Origin: Chiloscyllium plagiosum | Lineage: Eukaryota | Assembly (NCBI RefSeq): GCF_004010195.1 | Contig: NC_057718.1 | Span: 22,295,111-22,355,286 of the forward strand | Length of the DNA: 60,176 nucleotides | Reading direction: 5' to 3' | Shown: positions 13,860 through 27,115 of the stretch, piece by piece | Position numbering within the stretch: the stretch's first letter is position 1 | Layout: each line of letters begins with the position of its first letter | The notes under the pieces: generated by a model | The model's database searches: none | The model's input: only the letters and a program-made list of their open reading frames with translations | What the model was told of the DNA's origin: nothing | Program-made: the position numbers and the translations under genes

Positions 13860-15440
13860 CAGACCACTTCAATCTGGTCATCACTGATTGCCAGTTTCCC
13901 AGAATATCCAGATCTGTTTCAATGTAGGGAATGTCAGAAGCATGCATGATGGGATCAAAAATGCAGCAGGACCATCAGCAAAGAAAATGGTTCAGTTGAA
14001 AACAACGTAGGGGAGGTCATCACCCAGTGCAATGAGTTCTTGATGAGATGAGTGGATCATGAACTGGAGTTCAATTTCAGCGAGAACACGGCCGCCAAGG
14101 ATGCTCCAGATATCACAGAAAGCCTTGCTGTCATGAAAAGAAGTGTATGTTGAACAGACAATGGGGGAGTTTAGCAAAGCTACTGACTTGCTTGTCATGG
14201 GCAAAGCTCCAGGTGCTGATGCTATGGAACCTGAACCCATTATACATGGGAAACCAACAGTCCTGCAGTATTTGCATTTACGTCTCCGTCTTTGTGGAGG
14301 TAAGAGGTAGCACCCCACGCTATGTGTGATACAGAGGTCATGGGCCTGGGAAAGAACAACAGCAAACGCAGTGATTGGAACAACCATCTCGGCTTGTTTT
14401 TGTTCAAGCAGTTGCCTGTGTTCCTTTTGTCAGACTAAAAATCATTGCTGAATATCTTCACCAACTCTCAATATGGTTTCAGATCTGGAAGAGCTAGAGC
14501 TGATAGGATGTTTTCAGACTGGAAACTGCTGCAGGAGAAATACTGTGAACAAAGGATGCTGTAATATATTGCTTTCATCAATCTCACCAAAGCCTTTGAC
14601 CATGTAAGCAGTGATAGGCTATTTAAACTACTGGAGAAAATTGGTTTCCCACTGAAACTACTCAAATGTGATCTCTTTCTTTAATAACAGAATGGTAAGG
14701 TCAACCATGACTGGGCAACATTGAAAGCATTAGGGACCCGTAGTTGAGTCCTAGTGCCCACATTCCTTGACATATTCGTCTCTTTGTTGCTGTCATGCAT
14801 CTTTAGATTATGTACAGAGGTTATCTACTTAGCTACCAGAACTGATAGACAGCTGTTCAGCCATGTTTATTTGAGATTGAAGATGAAGATATGCCAAACC
14901 CTCTGCAGAGAGTTGCTTGACACAGATGATGTTACACCAGAATTCCATGCCAAGCACCTCATCAGCAAATGGACACACTTTCTCATACCTGTAATGACTT
15001 ATGTGTGACCACCAGCATCAGGAAAATACATATGGAATGTTTTCATATTGTCATTTATTGATATTGGCGATGTGACTCTGGAGGCTAAAATAATACAAAG
15101 AACTGTGGATGCTGGAGATCTGAAACAAAAAACAACTTGCTGTAAAAACTCTTCCTTGTGAAATATAAAACAGAGTTAGTATTTCGTGTCTGAAAACTCT
15201 GCTTTCTTTACATAGATGCTACCAGACCTGCTGAGTTTCACCAGCAGTTTCTGACTCTGGAGGCTGTTGAGCTCTTTACATACCTAAGCTCTACAATCAC
15301 CACCCATTCTGCCACATGCAGAAATCAGCACATGCATCACTAAAGCTGTTGTGTCCAATCTGCGTATTTGAGTGTGAAACACCAGAATCTCGGCTCAGTT
15401 GACCTAGCTATAAGTCTATTAAACCTGGATCCTGAGCATG
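13860..15440 (+). mobile_element. RTE-clade LINE remnant
   Basis: About 14467-14665 reads SQYGFRSGRARADRMFSDWKLLQEKYCEQRML*YIAFINLTKAFDHVSSDRLFKLLEKIGFP, an RTE-type RT signature. GKAPGAD lies upstream. Confidence 0.8.
15087..15251 (-). mobile_element. Older PLE-type terminal insertion nested in the RTE remnant
   Basis: 14-bp TSD tgactctggaggct (15073-15086, 15252-15265); gatgctggagatc terminus. Confidence 0.7.
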
Positions 15441-15805
15441 CAGGAGTGTACCATCCACCTGGGAAATAATAAATACTTGTAGGTTACCAAAAGCGCTTCT
15501 GTAATTATGTAATATGCTATCAATGTGAATCAATTTATTCATGTAGCACATTCTGTCCTTTGCATCATTCATTGTGCTACATAGCAATAAAGTTGAATCA
15601 GACAATGAACTTTTAGTGTGAAAAACAAGCCTCCATTTATTGTTGGAAATTGGAACAGGCAGGTTGTAGCATAGTGCAATTTTACACAGTGCAGCTAGAC
15701 TGTGCAGCTGTTGGAGGACCGAACTTTAATCCATGAAAGATTAGTAACCGTAGGATGTAGCTGGTCAGCACATAAGCACAATGATAAACTTGGACTTGTC
15801 AGTTA

Positions 15806-15974
15806 GGAGAAAATGAAGTCTGCAGATACTGGAGATCAGATTCAAAGATGTGGTGCTGGAAAAGCACAGCAGGTCAAGCAGCATCCTGATGAAGAGCTTA
15901 TGCTTGGAAATGTTGACTCTCCTGCCCCTCGGATGCTGCCTGACCAGCTGTGCTTTTGCAGCACCAACTTTTCG
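15806..15974 (-). mobile_element. Short PLE-derived fold-back insertion with a degenerate + strand hammerhead
   Basis: TSD acttggacttgtca(g/a)tta on both sides; ctgatgaagagcttatgcttggaaatg at about 15886-15912; inverted arms. Confidence 0.75.
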
Positions 15975-17346
15975 ACTTGGACTTGTCAATTACAATACAA
16001 ACTTTAATCTAGCACATTCTGGCTGTGGTAATGTTTTATATATAAATTTGATAAACTTATAAATGATAAAGAAAATACAGGATAATGTGATGCATGATGT
16101 GTTACTACATTTATTTTTTTTAAAGCATGTACGAGAATAATTGGTTTTCATCTTTAGAGAAACTTAGGCATAGATGTAAGCCATTCAGATCTTCAGCCTG
16201 TTGTACCATTTTATTAGGTTACAGCCAATTTGTAACTACCGCCAATAATTTTAACAAAACAAACTATTGATTTTTGTCTCAATTTTCAATTGACCTAGCA
16301 TCCAAAACCTTCTGAAGGTGAGAGTGTCACTTTTACATTACCATTTGTGATAAAAATGCTTTCTGATTGCACTCTGAGCTAACCTAGCTCCATTAATTGT
16401 TCTGACTTTCTCTATCAGAATCAAAGTAGTTTTTCTGCATCTATTCCATCAAATCCCTTTTCACTTTAGACAAGACCTTCTAAACTCAAAGAAACACAGA
16501 ATAAGTTTTTGCATCCTGTGCTCATATTCACAACTTTAAACTCTGGTATCATTTTGGTGAATCTATTCTATCCACTTGGAGCCAATTTATTCTTTGATGT
16601 CCATAATTTAATGTGGTACTCCAGATCAGTTATATACCACTGAAATACCACATCTTCACATTTGTTTTGTAACCACCATGAAGTTTTGAACTATGTTAAC
16701 ATTTTTTGTAATAAAAACAAGTGCTTTCAAAGCTCAACATGTCAGATAGCATCTGTGGAGACAGAGTTAATGTTTTGAGTTCAAAATAACAGGTATTTTG
16801 TACTTATGCACTGAGTTATTACCTGTTTGTGTATGTAGATGAAGAGAAATGTTCCCATTGGAATTCTCTTCTCCAGAGAACAGTGACATCTGGGTGGTTG
16901 AACAAATTCAAGGCTGAGCCAGACAGATTTCTGATCGACATGGATGTCAAGGGTTATGCAGGACAGACTCGAAGGTGGAGTTGACATCACTGTCAGATCA
17001 GCCATGATCTTATTGAATGGCAGAACAGGCTCGAGGGACTGATTGTCCTACTCTAGTTTCAAATCCTGTGTCTTTGTCGATACATATCTTTTTGCTCCCT
17101 TCATACTTCAAATTAATGCTTTCTATGATACTTATGATGGAAGGCTGTGCATCACTGCTCAAAGCCTTTCATAATCAAGTGAAAAAGTTAAGAATTGGCA
17201 AATGACATGGAGATACTAACAGTTAGACAATCTGAAGGTACAATGCAAAAACACATTGCGTTGACCTTACAAATAAAGATGGAATGTGTTTTTCTTTCTA
17301 ATGAGAAACAGGTTATTAAACCTTACTTTTTTTTCTTTCATTGCAG

Positions 17347-17451
17347 AATGTCCCTCCAGATCTCTCCATCTGTACATTTGTACTGGAGCAATCCCTCTCT
17401 GTTCGGGCTCTTCAAGAGATGCTGGCAAACAACGAGGAAAAGGCAGAAGGG
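17347..17451 (+). CDS. RYR2: RYR2 exon 3 (105 nt, phase 0/0): [36 protein letters not shown]-terminal domain
   Basis: Preceded by a polypyrimidine tract and acceptor (tttttttttctttcattgcag); 35 open codons. The peptide matches recalled RYR2 ([35 protein letters not shown]) better than RYR1 (DLAICC) or RYR3 (DLCVCN). Donor is GG|GCAAGT. Confidence 0.95.
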
Positions 17452-18382
17452 GCAAGTAATCAAAATAATTATGGCACATTTAATGAACAGAAGATTTTCC
17501 CTCACAAGGTTTTTTGATAACCTATTTTTCCTAACCAGCCTTTCAGAGATATTATTGCACCCCTCTGGAGCAGGCTGGACTTGAACCTGGGTCTCTCAGT
17601 CTGGGGGTTGGGACACTATCACCATACCACAAGACCTCCACAAGGTTTCTTGATATTTGCAAATGTTAATCTGGGTCAGCTGCACACTACGTAAATTGCT
17701 TCTTTGTTGAGGCAGTGGGAAGAGCTGCAGAAAAAGAGAAAACAATTCTGTTCACTTCAAGATGAATTAATTTCCGAAAATCTGGCATGTTGTCGACTTT
17801 TAGTTCCTGGAGCATTCTAATCCTTATTGTTTGTCCCCAAGTGAAGCTCTAGGTTTTCTGTCACTTTCATGACATGGTGTGGATGTTATTGCTGGAGCTT
17901 TCAGGAAATCATACATTAATCTGATAATTTCTGGTTTCACTGTTCATAAATGCCTTACTGTCAATTTAACTATTATAAGCAACGACTAACTAAGTTAAAC
18001 TAGTTGTTTGTTCATCTTGCTTTCCCAAGTTCTGGCTGCAGATACAGGAAATCTGAAATAAAAATAAAAAATGCTGGAAACTCCAGGAGCATTTGTGGAA
18101 AGAGAAACGTAGATATACAGTAATGTTCCACAACTGGTGCAAAATTATAAACATTGGCAAATGCAAAAACACACTGCAGTTCACCATCTACAGGCATCTG
18201 ACCCAGGCATCAAGAGTGGTCATGTTCTACATTCTAATAGAGATGTCTGATCAGAATATCCAGTCTGATATGTTTAATTCAAGTCTGATGCAACAGTCTT
18301 CAGTGAAGAATTTATTATATTTGGTACAGAAACAATACCTATTGTTATTATAAGTCAGTTGAGTTGACACTAATACGACGTA

Positions 18383-18547
18383 GAGGCGCCAGTCTTGGAC
18401 TGGAGTGGACAAGGTCAGAAGTCATATGACACCAGGTCATTGAGATTTATTTGAAATCACAAGCTTTTGAAGTGCTGCTCCTTTTTCAGGTGAAGTGACT
18501 TTTAAATAAACCAGTTGGACTGTAATCTGGTATTGTGTGACTTCTGG
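18383..18547. mobile_element. Fold-back fragment of a second PLE-like family
   Basis: Imperfect inverted arms cagaagtcatatgacaccag / ctggtattgtgtgacttctg. The minus strand has a degenerate hammerhead (cacctgaaaaaggagcagcacttcaaaagc). Confidence 0.5.
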
Positions 18548-18625
18548 CATTAACGTGGCAGTGTGCATTTGAGAAATACCAAAATATTAATCATAGTTAC
18601 CTTTCTCTTGGAAAAGAATACTTTG

Positions 18626-19313
18626 AATACTGGCAGGGAAATTTGCTAGAGCTGCTCGGGAGGGTTTAAACTAGGAAAGATTTCAATCTGAGACTGGTAC
18701 AGTTGAGAACAAAGGCGAGTCAAACAGTCAGGGCAGGCATGGACAAAGCAGAGAACAAGGTAGGACTGATAAATTAAACTGCATTTATTTCAATGCAAGA
18801 GGCTGAACAGAGAAGGCAGATGAACTCAGGGCATGGTTAGGAACATGGGACTGGGATATCGTCGCAATACAGAAACATGGCTCAGGGATGGACAGGACTG
18901 GCAGTTTAATGTTCCAGGATACAAATGCTACAGGCAGGACACAAAGGGAGGCAAGAGAGGAGGGGTAGTGGCGTTTTTGTTAAGGGATGGCATTACAGCT
19001 GTACTGAGGGAGGATATTCCCGGAAATACATCCAGGGAAGTTATTTGTGTGGAACCGAGAAATAAGAAAGGGATGATAACTTTATAGGGATTGTATTATA
19101 GACCTCCTAACAGTCAGAGGGAAATTGAGAAGCAAATTTGTAAGGCGATCTCAGTTATTTGTAAGAATAATAGGATGGTTATGTTAACTTTCCAAACATA
19201 AACTGGTTCTGCCATTGTGTTAAGGGTTTAGATGGAGAGGAATTTGTTAAGTGTGTATAAGACAATTTTCCGATTCAGTATGTGGATGTACCTACTAGAG
19301 AAAGTGCAAAACT
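18626..19313 (+). mobile_element. CR1 LINE fragment (ORF1 end and APE)
   Basis: Closely similar to 7590-8160 (ataaattaaactgcatttatttcaatgcaag); ETWLRDGQDW and GGVVAF motifs. Confidence 0.9.
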
Positions 19314-20157
19314 TAGAGTCATAGAGTCATAGAGATGTACAGCATGGAAACAGACCCTTCAGTCCAACCCGTCCATGCCGACCGGGTATCCAAACCCAAT
19401 CTAGTCCCACCTGCCAGCACCCGGCCCATATCCCTCCAAACCCATCCTATTCATATGTCCATCCAAATGCCTTTTAAATGTTGCAATTGTACCAGCCTCT
19501 ACCACATCCTCTGGCAGTTCATTCCATACACGTACCACCCTCTGCATAAAAACGTTGCCCCTTAGGTCTCTTTTATATCTTTCCCCTCTCACCCTAAACC
19601 TATGCCATCTAGTTCTGGACTGGTCTATAGTTCCCTGGCTTGTCTTTACCGCCCTTCTTAAACAGTGGCACCACGTTTGCCAACCTCCAGTCTTCCGGCA
19701 CCTCACCTGTGACTATCGGTGATACAAATATCTCAGCAAGAGGCCCAGTAATCACTTCTCTAGCTTCTCACAGCGTTCTCACACCTGATCATATCATGGG
19801 GAGTTATCCACTTCTAACCGTTTCAAGGCATCCAGCACTTCCTCCTCTGTAATCTGGACATTTTGCAAGATGTCACCATCTATTTCCCTACAGTCTAGAT
19901 CTTCCATATCGTTTTCCACAGTAAATACTGATGCAAAATATTCATTTAATATCTCCCCCATTTTCTGTGGCTCCACACAAAGGCTGCCTTGCTGGTCTTT
20001 GAGGGGCCCTATTCTCTCCCTAGTTGCCCTTTTGTCCTTAATGTCTTTGTAAAAACCCTTTGGATTCTCCATAATTCTATTTGCCAAAGCTAATGTCCTC
20101 GCTTTGCCCTGCTGATTTCCCTCTTAAGTATACTCTTACTTTCTTTCCCAATCTTCT
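19314..20157 (-). mobile_element. Internally deleted CR1 copy in reverse orientation, including 3' UTR and (gactctat)n tail
   Basis: Minus-strand ANRIMENPKGF...YFASVFT. The PGNYRP region joins directly to the 3' end at 19620/19621; agagtcatagagtcatagag tail at 19314. Confidence 0.88.
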
Positions 20158-20159
20158 AA

Positions 20160-21052
20160 GGATTGGAGGTGTAGTGGACAGCGAAGAGGGTTACCTCAGA
20201 TTACAATGGGATCTTGATCAGATGGACCAATGGGCTGAGAAGTGGCAGATGGAGTTAAATTTAGATAAATATGAGGTGCTGCATTTTGGGAAAGCAAATC
20301 TTAGCTGAACTTATGCACTTAATGGTAAGGGCCTGGGGAGTGTTGCTGAACAAAGAGACCTTGGAGTGCAGGTTCATAGCTCCTTGAAAGTGGAGTCGAA
20401 GGTAGTTAGGATAGTGAAGAAGGCGTTTGGTGTGCTTTCCTATAATGGTCAGAGTATTGAGTATAGGAGTTGGGAAGCCATTTTGCGGCTGTACAGGACA
20501 TTGGCTTGGACACTGTTGGAATATTGCGATCAATTCTGTTCTCCTTTCTATAGGTAAGATGTTGTGAAACTTGAAAGGGTTCAGAAAATATTTACAAGGA
20601 TGTTGCCAGGGTTGGAGGATTTGAGCTATAAGGAGAGGTTGAATAGACTGGGGCTGTTTTCCTGGAGCATCAGACGGTGGGGAGTGATCTTATAGAGGCT
20701 TATAAAATCACGAGGGGCATGAATAGGACAAATAGACAAAGCCTTCTCCCTGCAATGGCAGAGTCCAGAACTAGAGGGCATAAGTTTAGGTGGAGACGGG
20801 AATGATATAAAAGCGACCCAAGGGCAACTTTTTCACGCAGAGGGTGTTACCTTATGAAATGAGCTGCCAGAGGAAGTGGTGGAGGCTGGTACAATTGCAA
20901 CATTTGAAAGGCATGGATGTATATGAATAGGAAGGGTTTGAAGGATATGTGCCGGGTCCTGACAGGTGGGACTAGATTGGGTTGGGATTTCTGGTCGGCA
21001 TGGACAGGTTGGACCGAAGGGGTTGTTTCTGTGCTGTACATCTCTGTGACTC
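20160..21052 (+). mobile_element. CR1 LINE 3' portion (RT C-terminus and 3' UTR)
   Basis: IGGVVDSEEGYLRLQWDLDQM...; ends gtgctgtacatctctgtgactct. Confidence 0.9.
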
Positions 21053-21485
21053 TTGCGCCATGAGTATTTTCTTCCACATTGTCTGCTCCTGTAAATAACA
21101 TTGTTTTATTGTCAATAGAAATAAACATCCTATCTGAGTAGAAGTAAGGGTTGCAAGTTCCAAGCTACTTTCAGGAGTAAAGTAATCATACTACTTTGTG
21201 CACCTGTGGGACATTCCAATTCTTACTATTATTACTAATGTTGATAATGATGTGTTTACAATCTAAACTTCTCATCCTAAATGCTGCTGTTTCATTTTCT
21301 TTTTCTGCATCGTGTTTTGTTCATTTGATAGACTTTGCTTTCATACACTGCAATGCTAAATGTATTCTGTAACCAATCATAATGGATCATCACCTGATAT
21401 TTATGTTCATTGTTACATGTTGTCAGGTTTTCTCAGATCACCTGAATGATTTGATTAGCTACGTTTTCTGGTTTAGTTTCCTTTT

Positions 21486-21667
21486 GGTACAATTGCAACA
21501 TTTAAAAGCTATTTAGATGGGTATATGAATAGGAAGGGTTTGGAGGGATATGGGCTGGGTGCTGGCAGATGGGACTAGATTGGGTTGAGATATCTGGTCG
21601 GCATGGACGGGTTGGATCAAAGGGTCTTTTTTTGTGTTGTACATCTCTATAACTCGATGACTCTATG
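21486..21667 (+). mobile_element. 5'-truncated CR1 3' end
   Basis: ggtacaattgcaacatttaaaag...gtacatctctataactcgatgactctatg tail. Confidence 0.85.
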
Positions 21668-23045
21668 ATTCAGAATGATATATTGACTTCAGTAGATTTA
21701 TATTATTGTACAAGCACTTATGGTATAGATACTATTATGCTGTTTGATATTTGGAGGCATTAACTCATTGGTACTTAAATGCCAAATGAAAGATGACATT
21801 AATTCTCTCTACGATAATGTCACAACCTGTAATTTCCAGACTGTATCTTTTAAAACTATTAGTTCAGAGCTTATCATTTAGGTGCCAAGCAGATGAGTAT
21901 TTAATGTGTTCAGCTGACAATTTTCAAATTTTCAACTGAGGTCCATTCATGCTGCTGTACTTTGGGTACTGTGGGTCAGTAGATAGCACTTTTGTCTTTG
22001 ATCTAGAAGGTTTGAAGGTCAGAGACTTGAGCACGGCAGATCCAGTTTGCTCCTCTTTGCAATATTAATGGAGAGCTGTAATGTTGGAAGTGCCAACTTT
22101 TGTATGAAATGTTGAATTTGAGTGCACTTTTGAGTGGACTTATCAAATCATATGCTACTATTCAGAGAAGAGGCATTCCTCCATCCTCTTAATTCATTTA
22201 TTTCTTAAGTATTTAATTCTTTGATTTCTTAAGCAAAATTACAAAAAGGGATTTACTGGTCATGTTTCACATTGCTGTTTGTGAAATCTTACTGTGCACA
22301 AATTAGCTGCTTGTTTCTCCTACATTATATCAGTTATAGTGTTTTTTTAATGTACTTCATTTGCTGTAAAGCACTTCAGAATATCATGACAGTGGGAAAG
22401 ACTGTTAATCCGCACTGTTCCTTACTTCCGTTTGTTCAAGGTAATGCATGATATTTTAACAATTTTGATCCTTTGGGGCATTGAAGTAGCTCAAAGTAGA
22501 TTTTTAATCAGCCTGCAAAATCCTTGCAACACTACATCATTTTCCAAAGGAGAAAAACTGTGAAGATGTACGCAGCAAGAGGTGGGGAAGCACATCCCTT
22601 TCCATTTGAGCTTTATGAATTAATATGAAATGACCCTGTCTGGATACAGTTTCGATCTCAGTGGTAATTTGTTGTCCAGATTTGACTGGAACCATCAATT
22701 TAATTCAGAGGTGGAATTTCTGATTTCATTTACTCTAACTGAGCAGAACACCCAATTGTTGCACATTGCTTAGATAAAAGCCACAGATTAAAACATAGTC
22801 AGCTGTTCAAGTTTTGAAACCATGATCAATTGACCTGAAGTGCCTTAAGATGTCCTAAGGTCATTGAAGTTACAAAATAAATGAAAATCCTTTTATTTTT
22901 GGTTAAACAAATATAACCGGAAATAAAAGGATGGCAGCAATGAAGCAACCTCAAAGCTGTGGGATTGTCCATAACTGTTTTACTAATGTTTTTTATACAA
23001 GTAAGCCTGTTATTCTCACCTGGACTTGTCTTTATGAGTTAAAAA

Positions 23046-23173
23046 AGGTAAAAACAATGACTGCAGATGCTGGAAACCAGATTCTGGATCAATGGTGCTG
23101 GAAGAGCACAGCAGTTCAGGCAGTATCCAAGGACCTTCAGCAAAATCGACGTTTCGAGCAAAAGCCCTTCATC
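23046..23173 (-). mobile_element. Short PLE terminal fragment, truncated within the hammerhead core
   Basis: Same terminus as 5149; ends ...gacgtttcgagcaaaagcccttcatc. Confidence 0.78.
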
Positions 23174-24494
23174 TTAAACCAAATTTTAAGACTCTTATCT
23201 CCCCTCTGAGGCAGGTTGCAAAACAGTCATTTGCATCAAACTATTGCTATAGCTCTGATATTCATAGGAAGGCGGCAAGAAGATGTGAGTGACATTTAGT
23301 AGCCAGGACAATTATAAACATAGAATTGCGAAGGTGCTCCTGAAATTAAGAGGACTTCTATTGATTTTTCTTTTCTTTCAGTTTTTTAGCTTAGCAGTTG
23401 ACCAGATTTAGAGCTTGTCAAGTGGAAGGCATGTGGTAGAAGGCTGCATGATAGGAACCAGAAAGGAGGGGTGGTGTGGGAGATCACAAAGCAGTTTCAG
23501 ATTGGTGGTGGTGATGGTTGTGGGGGCAAGATAGCAAGAGATAAGCTTTGGAGGGAGCACCCATTCCTTCAGGCCCACAAGCAATTCACTTCTCCACTGG
23601 ATTCAGCAGGATTCCTGAGCTGTCTGAGATCATAGCTGTGAAATTTACGAGTTGTGTAAAATCTGAGGCACACATTCTCAGGGTAATGTTGTAATTTCTG
23701 ACCTGACTTTTGGAAACAGTTTACATTTCCACTCTGCAACCTGCCCCAACTAAGCCAGAAATAGTCACATTTGCAGCAGGCTTGGATCAGGTTTCACATT
23801 TTTTGGCAATTAAACTCCACCTGACTCATTTTTCATATATCCTTGGTGTTGTTGGGAGGTGGGAGGAAGAAAGGGGAGAGTATGGGAGTGGGGGTAAAAT
23901 TTTTTGTCAATAAATAAATACAAACTGGGCCTTGAAGAAAGCCTATCCAGCGCATTCACCGCTTCCCATGAGTATTTGGGGACTGTTCCAAATATAGGTA
24001 TTGCTTGTTAAGCAATAGCCTGACATACTTGTACTCACTGTATCATATCAATCAACCTCCCTGGGGATGTGATGCCCCCCTAGTTAGTCAGCCTTTCCAA
24101 ACATAGAGGTACACTGTTAACAATCAGGTGGGAGTCACTCTAGGAGGGTAAAACATTGACTGCATATGATCTCTAACCTCCTGGCCCAATATACCTCTCA
24201 CTTCCTCATCCCCAATTAGACAAGTGACCAAAGTACCGTATAGGAGCGCTGTGAGGCATATTGTAAAGTGATGAGCTAACCTGGTGATGCTGAACAGAGC
24301 AGGTCAAAACTCTGTAGTCCTGACATTTTCAGTTGTTATTGGTTAATGTTAATTAATAGACAAATAAGTAACTAACAGGAAGAAGTATTTACAAAAGTGT
24401 TGTCATCCACAATTGTCATCCACATCGCAACTGAATGTAAAGGTAAGACTGAACCATTTGCAGAGAGACTCGCTTTACATTCAACTGTATTATT

Positions 24495-25253
24495 AATGCT
24501 GACTCCCCTGTCATCAACATCCTGTGGGATACCATTGACCAGAAATTCAGCTTAGCCAGCCATGACTACTAGGTCAGGTCCAAATCTGGGTATTCTACAA
24601 TGAGTTACTCGTCCATCCCCCTGAAGTATCTCCACCAGCTGCAAAGTTAATGGTATTGAGGAATAGTCTCAACTTGTCTCAATGAATGCACCTGCAATAA
24701 CAATCAACAAGGTCTGCTTTATTACTATTCCATCCACTGCTAAAAACATCAACTCCCTCCAGCACCAATGTACTTTAGTTGCACTCTGCACAATGTGTCG
24801 GATGTTCTGCAATAAATGTTGCCAAGTAAACCTCGTGTAAATAATCCGCCTACAAGAGCAGTTTAGAGACTATGAATTTTGTGGCAAGTCAGCCATCTCT
24901 TGACTATCCATTAACTCACTCCCTCTACCACTGAGGCCAATAGCAGCAGTGTGTACCATCTACATGATGCACTGAAGAAATTCAGCAAGGTTCCTTAGGT
25001 ACCATTTTCCAAGCTCCTGATAGCTACCATCTATAAGACAAGGCTAGCAGATATGTAGGAACACTATGAACTATAGGTTCCACTCCAAGTCATGTACCAT
25101 CCTGTCTTGGATATATGTCATTGTTATTAGATCAAAATCCTTGAATTCCCTCCCTAACTTTATTATGGGTATATCCGACACACAAATGACTTCAAGAAGT
25201 CAGCTCACCACCCTCTTCTCAAGGGAAATTAAAGATGGGCAATAAATGCCAGT
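24495..25253 (+). mobile_element. Old CR1-like LINE 3' fragments
   Basis: Reverse-complement similarity to 1990-2700 and 39825-40450 (cagctcaccaccctcttctcaaggg...gggcaataaatgc tail). Confidence 0.65.
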
Positions 25254-25421
25254 TGAAACTTTATTGCTGGAACAGCACAGCAGGTCAGGCAGCATCCAGG
25301 GAACAGGAGATTCGACGTTTCGGGCACAGGCCCTTCTTCAGGAATTCCTGACCTGCTGTGCTGTTCCAGCAATGAAGTTTCAACTTTGATCTCCAGCATC
25401 TGCAGACCTCACTTTCTCCTC
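25254..25421 (+). mobile_element. Short PLE-derived fold-back insertion
   Basis: 14-bp TSD caataaatgccagt (25240-25253, 25422-25435); inverted arms enclose a hammerhead. Confidence 0.82.
25310..25345 (-). ncRNA. Minimal type I hammerhead ribozyme motif
   Basis: Reverse complement ATTC-CTGAAGA-a-GGGC-ctgt-GCCC-GAAAC-GTC-GAAT, with a perfect 4-bp stem I (ATTC/GAAT) and stem II. Confidence 0.8.
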
Positions 25422-27115
25422 CAATAAATGCCAGTCCAATCAGTGAAGCTCATGCTCCATGACTGAATACAATTAAAAAAGTCAGACCTACCAAGGAGTA
25501 TGAACATAGCAAGTCACATACTAAATTAATCAAAACTGTCAGTTTGGTAAAATGGACATATAGGGAGTGTGCAAATTATGATTCTAAAAATATATATGCT
25601 ACAGGTATCATTGTATGAAACTGCACTGTGGCAGAATTTACTGCATAGCCTTGAATCAGCAGGAATACTGGGCCGAACATTAGCTTTGAGGTGGGGAGGG
25701 AGTTGGAGTGGGAGTGGGGTGTATGGGATTGATTTGAGGTTAGATACCGAAAAAAATGGACTTATTGAATATCCTGCAGATTTTCATTTTAGCATGGGTG
25801 CACAAACCGCCTGGTCACCTGTGGTTGAAAATAGAATTACTATTAAAAGTAATAGTTAAGGCACAGTTTCACTAAAATTTTTAAATAATCATTCCCCCTG
25901 CCTGTGAACAGATTGCTTGCCACACTTTGTCCAAAGATACAAATGCTTTCTTCCTTCTTTAAAATAATTGATAGGCAACTCAGAGCAGAGCAATGCTCCC
26001 AGGGGGTCCACCGTCTGCAGTATGAATGACAAATCAAGTGTGTTATTGAAGAACAGTCTACAATGGCAGCTCATTGGAAATCTAAACATGTTTGTAATCT
26101 TCACAGAGAAAAATGGGAAAGAAAGGGGGTAGCAAGGAAACCAAAATATATTTTTGCTTATATTTCAATTGTTTATAAATTTTATAACTGCTCCAATGTA
26201 TTAATATAATGGGATATCACTTTGTTGCAAAAGCCATTTTTGATAAGCTATTATGTTTGAAAACTGATTAAAAATTAGATTGAATCTGGATAAATCTTAT
26301 GCTCCAAATGTACTGAATCCATGTCCATCACATGTAACTTGTTCACTGGCTACTTACTGGTTTAATGCTACTCCAATAAAGGAGACTTAAAATACTTGGA
26401 AGTCTCACAGACTATGCTTTAACGGTAAATTATGCTGAATTTATTTTTCTAATCTTCAAGGATAAATGTCCTGAAAGTTGCGTGACAGTTCAAACAAACT
26501 CTGACAGTAACTTTGCAGGAATGGCTGAGAGCTCCACAAGGTTCGATATTGGCTCCTGGTCTGATACATACCTTTGGTGTGGACCTGTTTGGGAGTGGAG
26601 CATCTCCCTGTATCAAGTAAGGCCGTGAACTTGAAAAGGACATAATTAATGCAGAGTGGGGATTCCAATTTCCTTGGTACTAAAAGGATCTTAAAACTGA
26701 TGAGTCAAGTGGCAAGAGATGTTTTGGGTTCCTGACAGTGCAAAGTGAGTCTCACATTGCAGGGGTTGGAGTGATCTTGGTGACGCTTGGAGATGTTGGG
26801 AGGGTTGGCTGGAACGTCAATGAAGAAGTAAAGGCCCCATTTTCTTACAGTAGCATCGTTAGCACGGGAATAAATGTAGTAGGGGGATCTGACCCAATTT
26901 CCTCACCCTCTATCCGGCCTCCAGGACTGTAATATATGGCTGCACAGGAAATCCGTGTCCCCATTGTGGAGGTGCTCTATCAGGATCGCATAATAAGGAG
27001 ACCTCCAACTGGTCAGATGAGTGGTGGGATGGTACAGTTGTAGCGTAACTATGCCCCCTCCCTCACAGAAACATCTGAGGGACAGGATGTGGTGGCAGCC
27101 ATTTTCAACACCTAT

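Noticed and set aside
17195..17584. 129-aa ORF overlapping exon 3
   Set aside because: It reads the exon in the wrong frame; the RYR2 frame starts at 17347.
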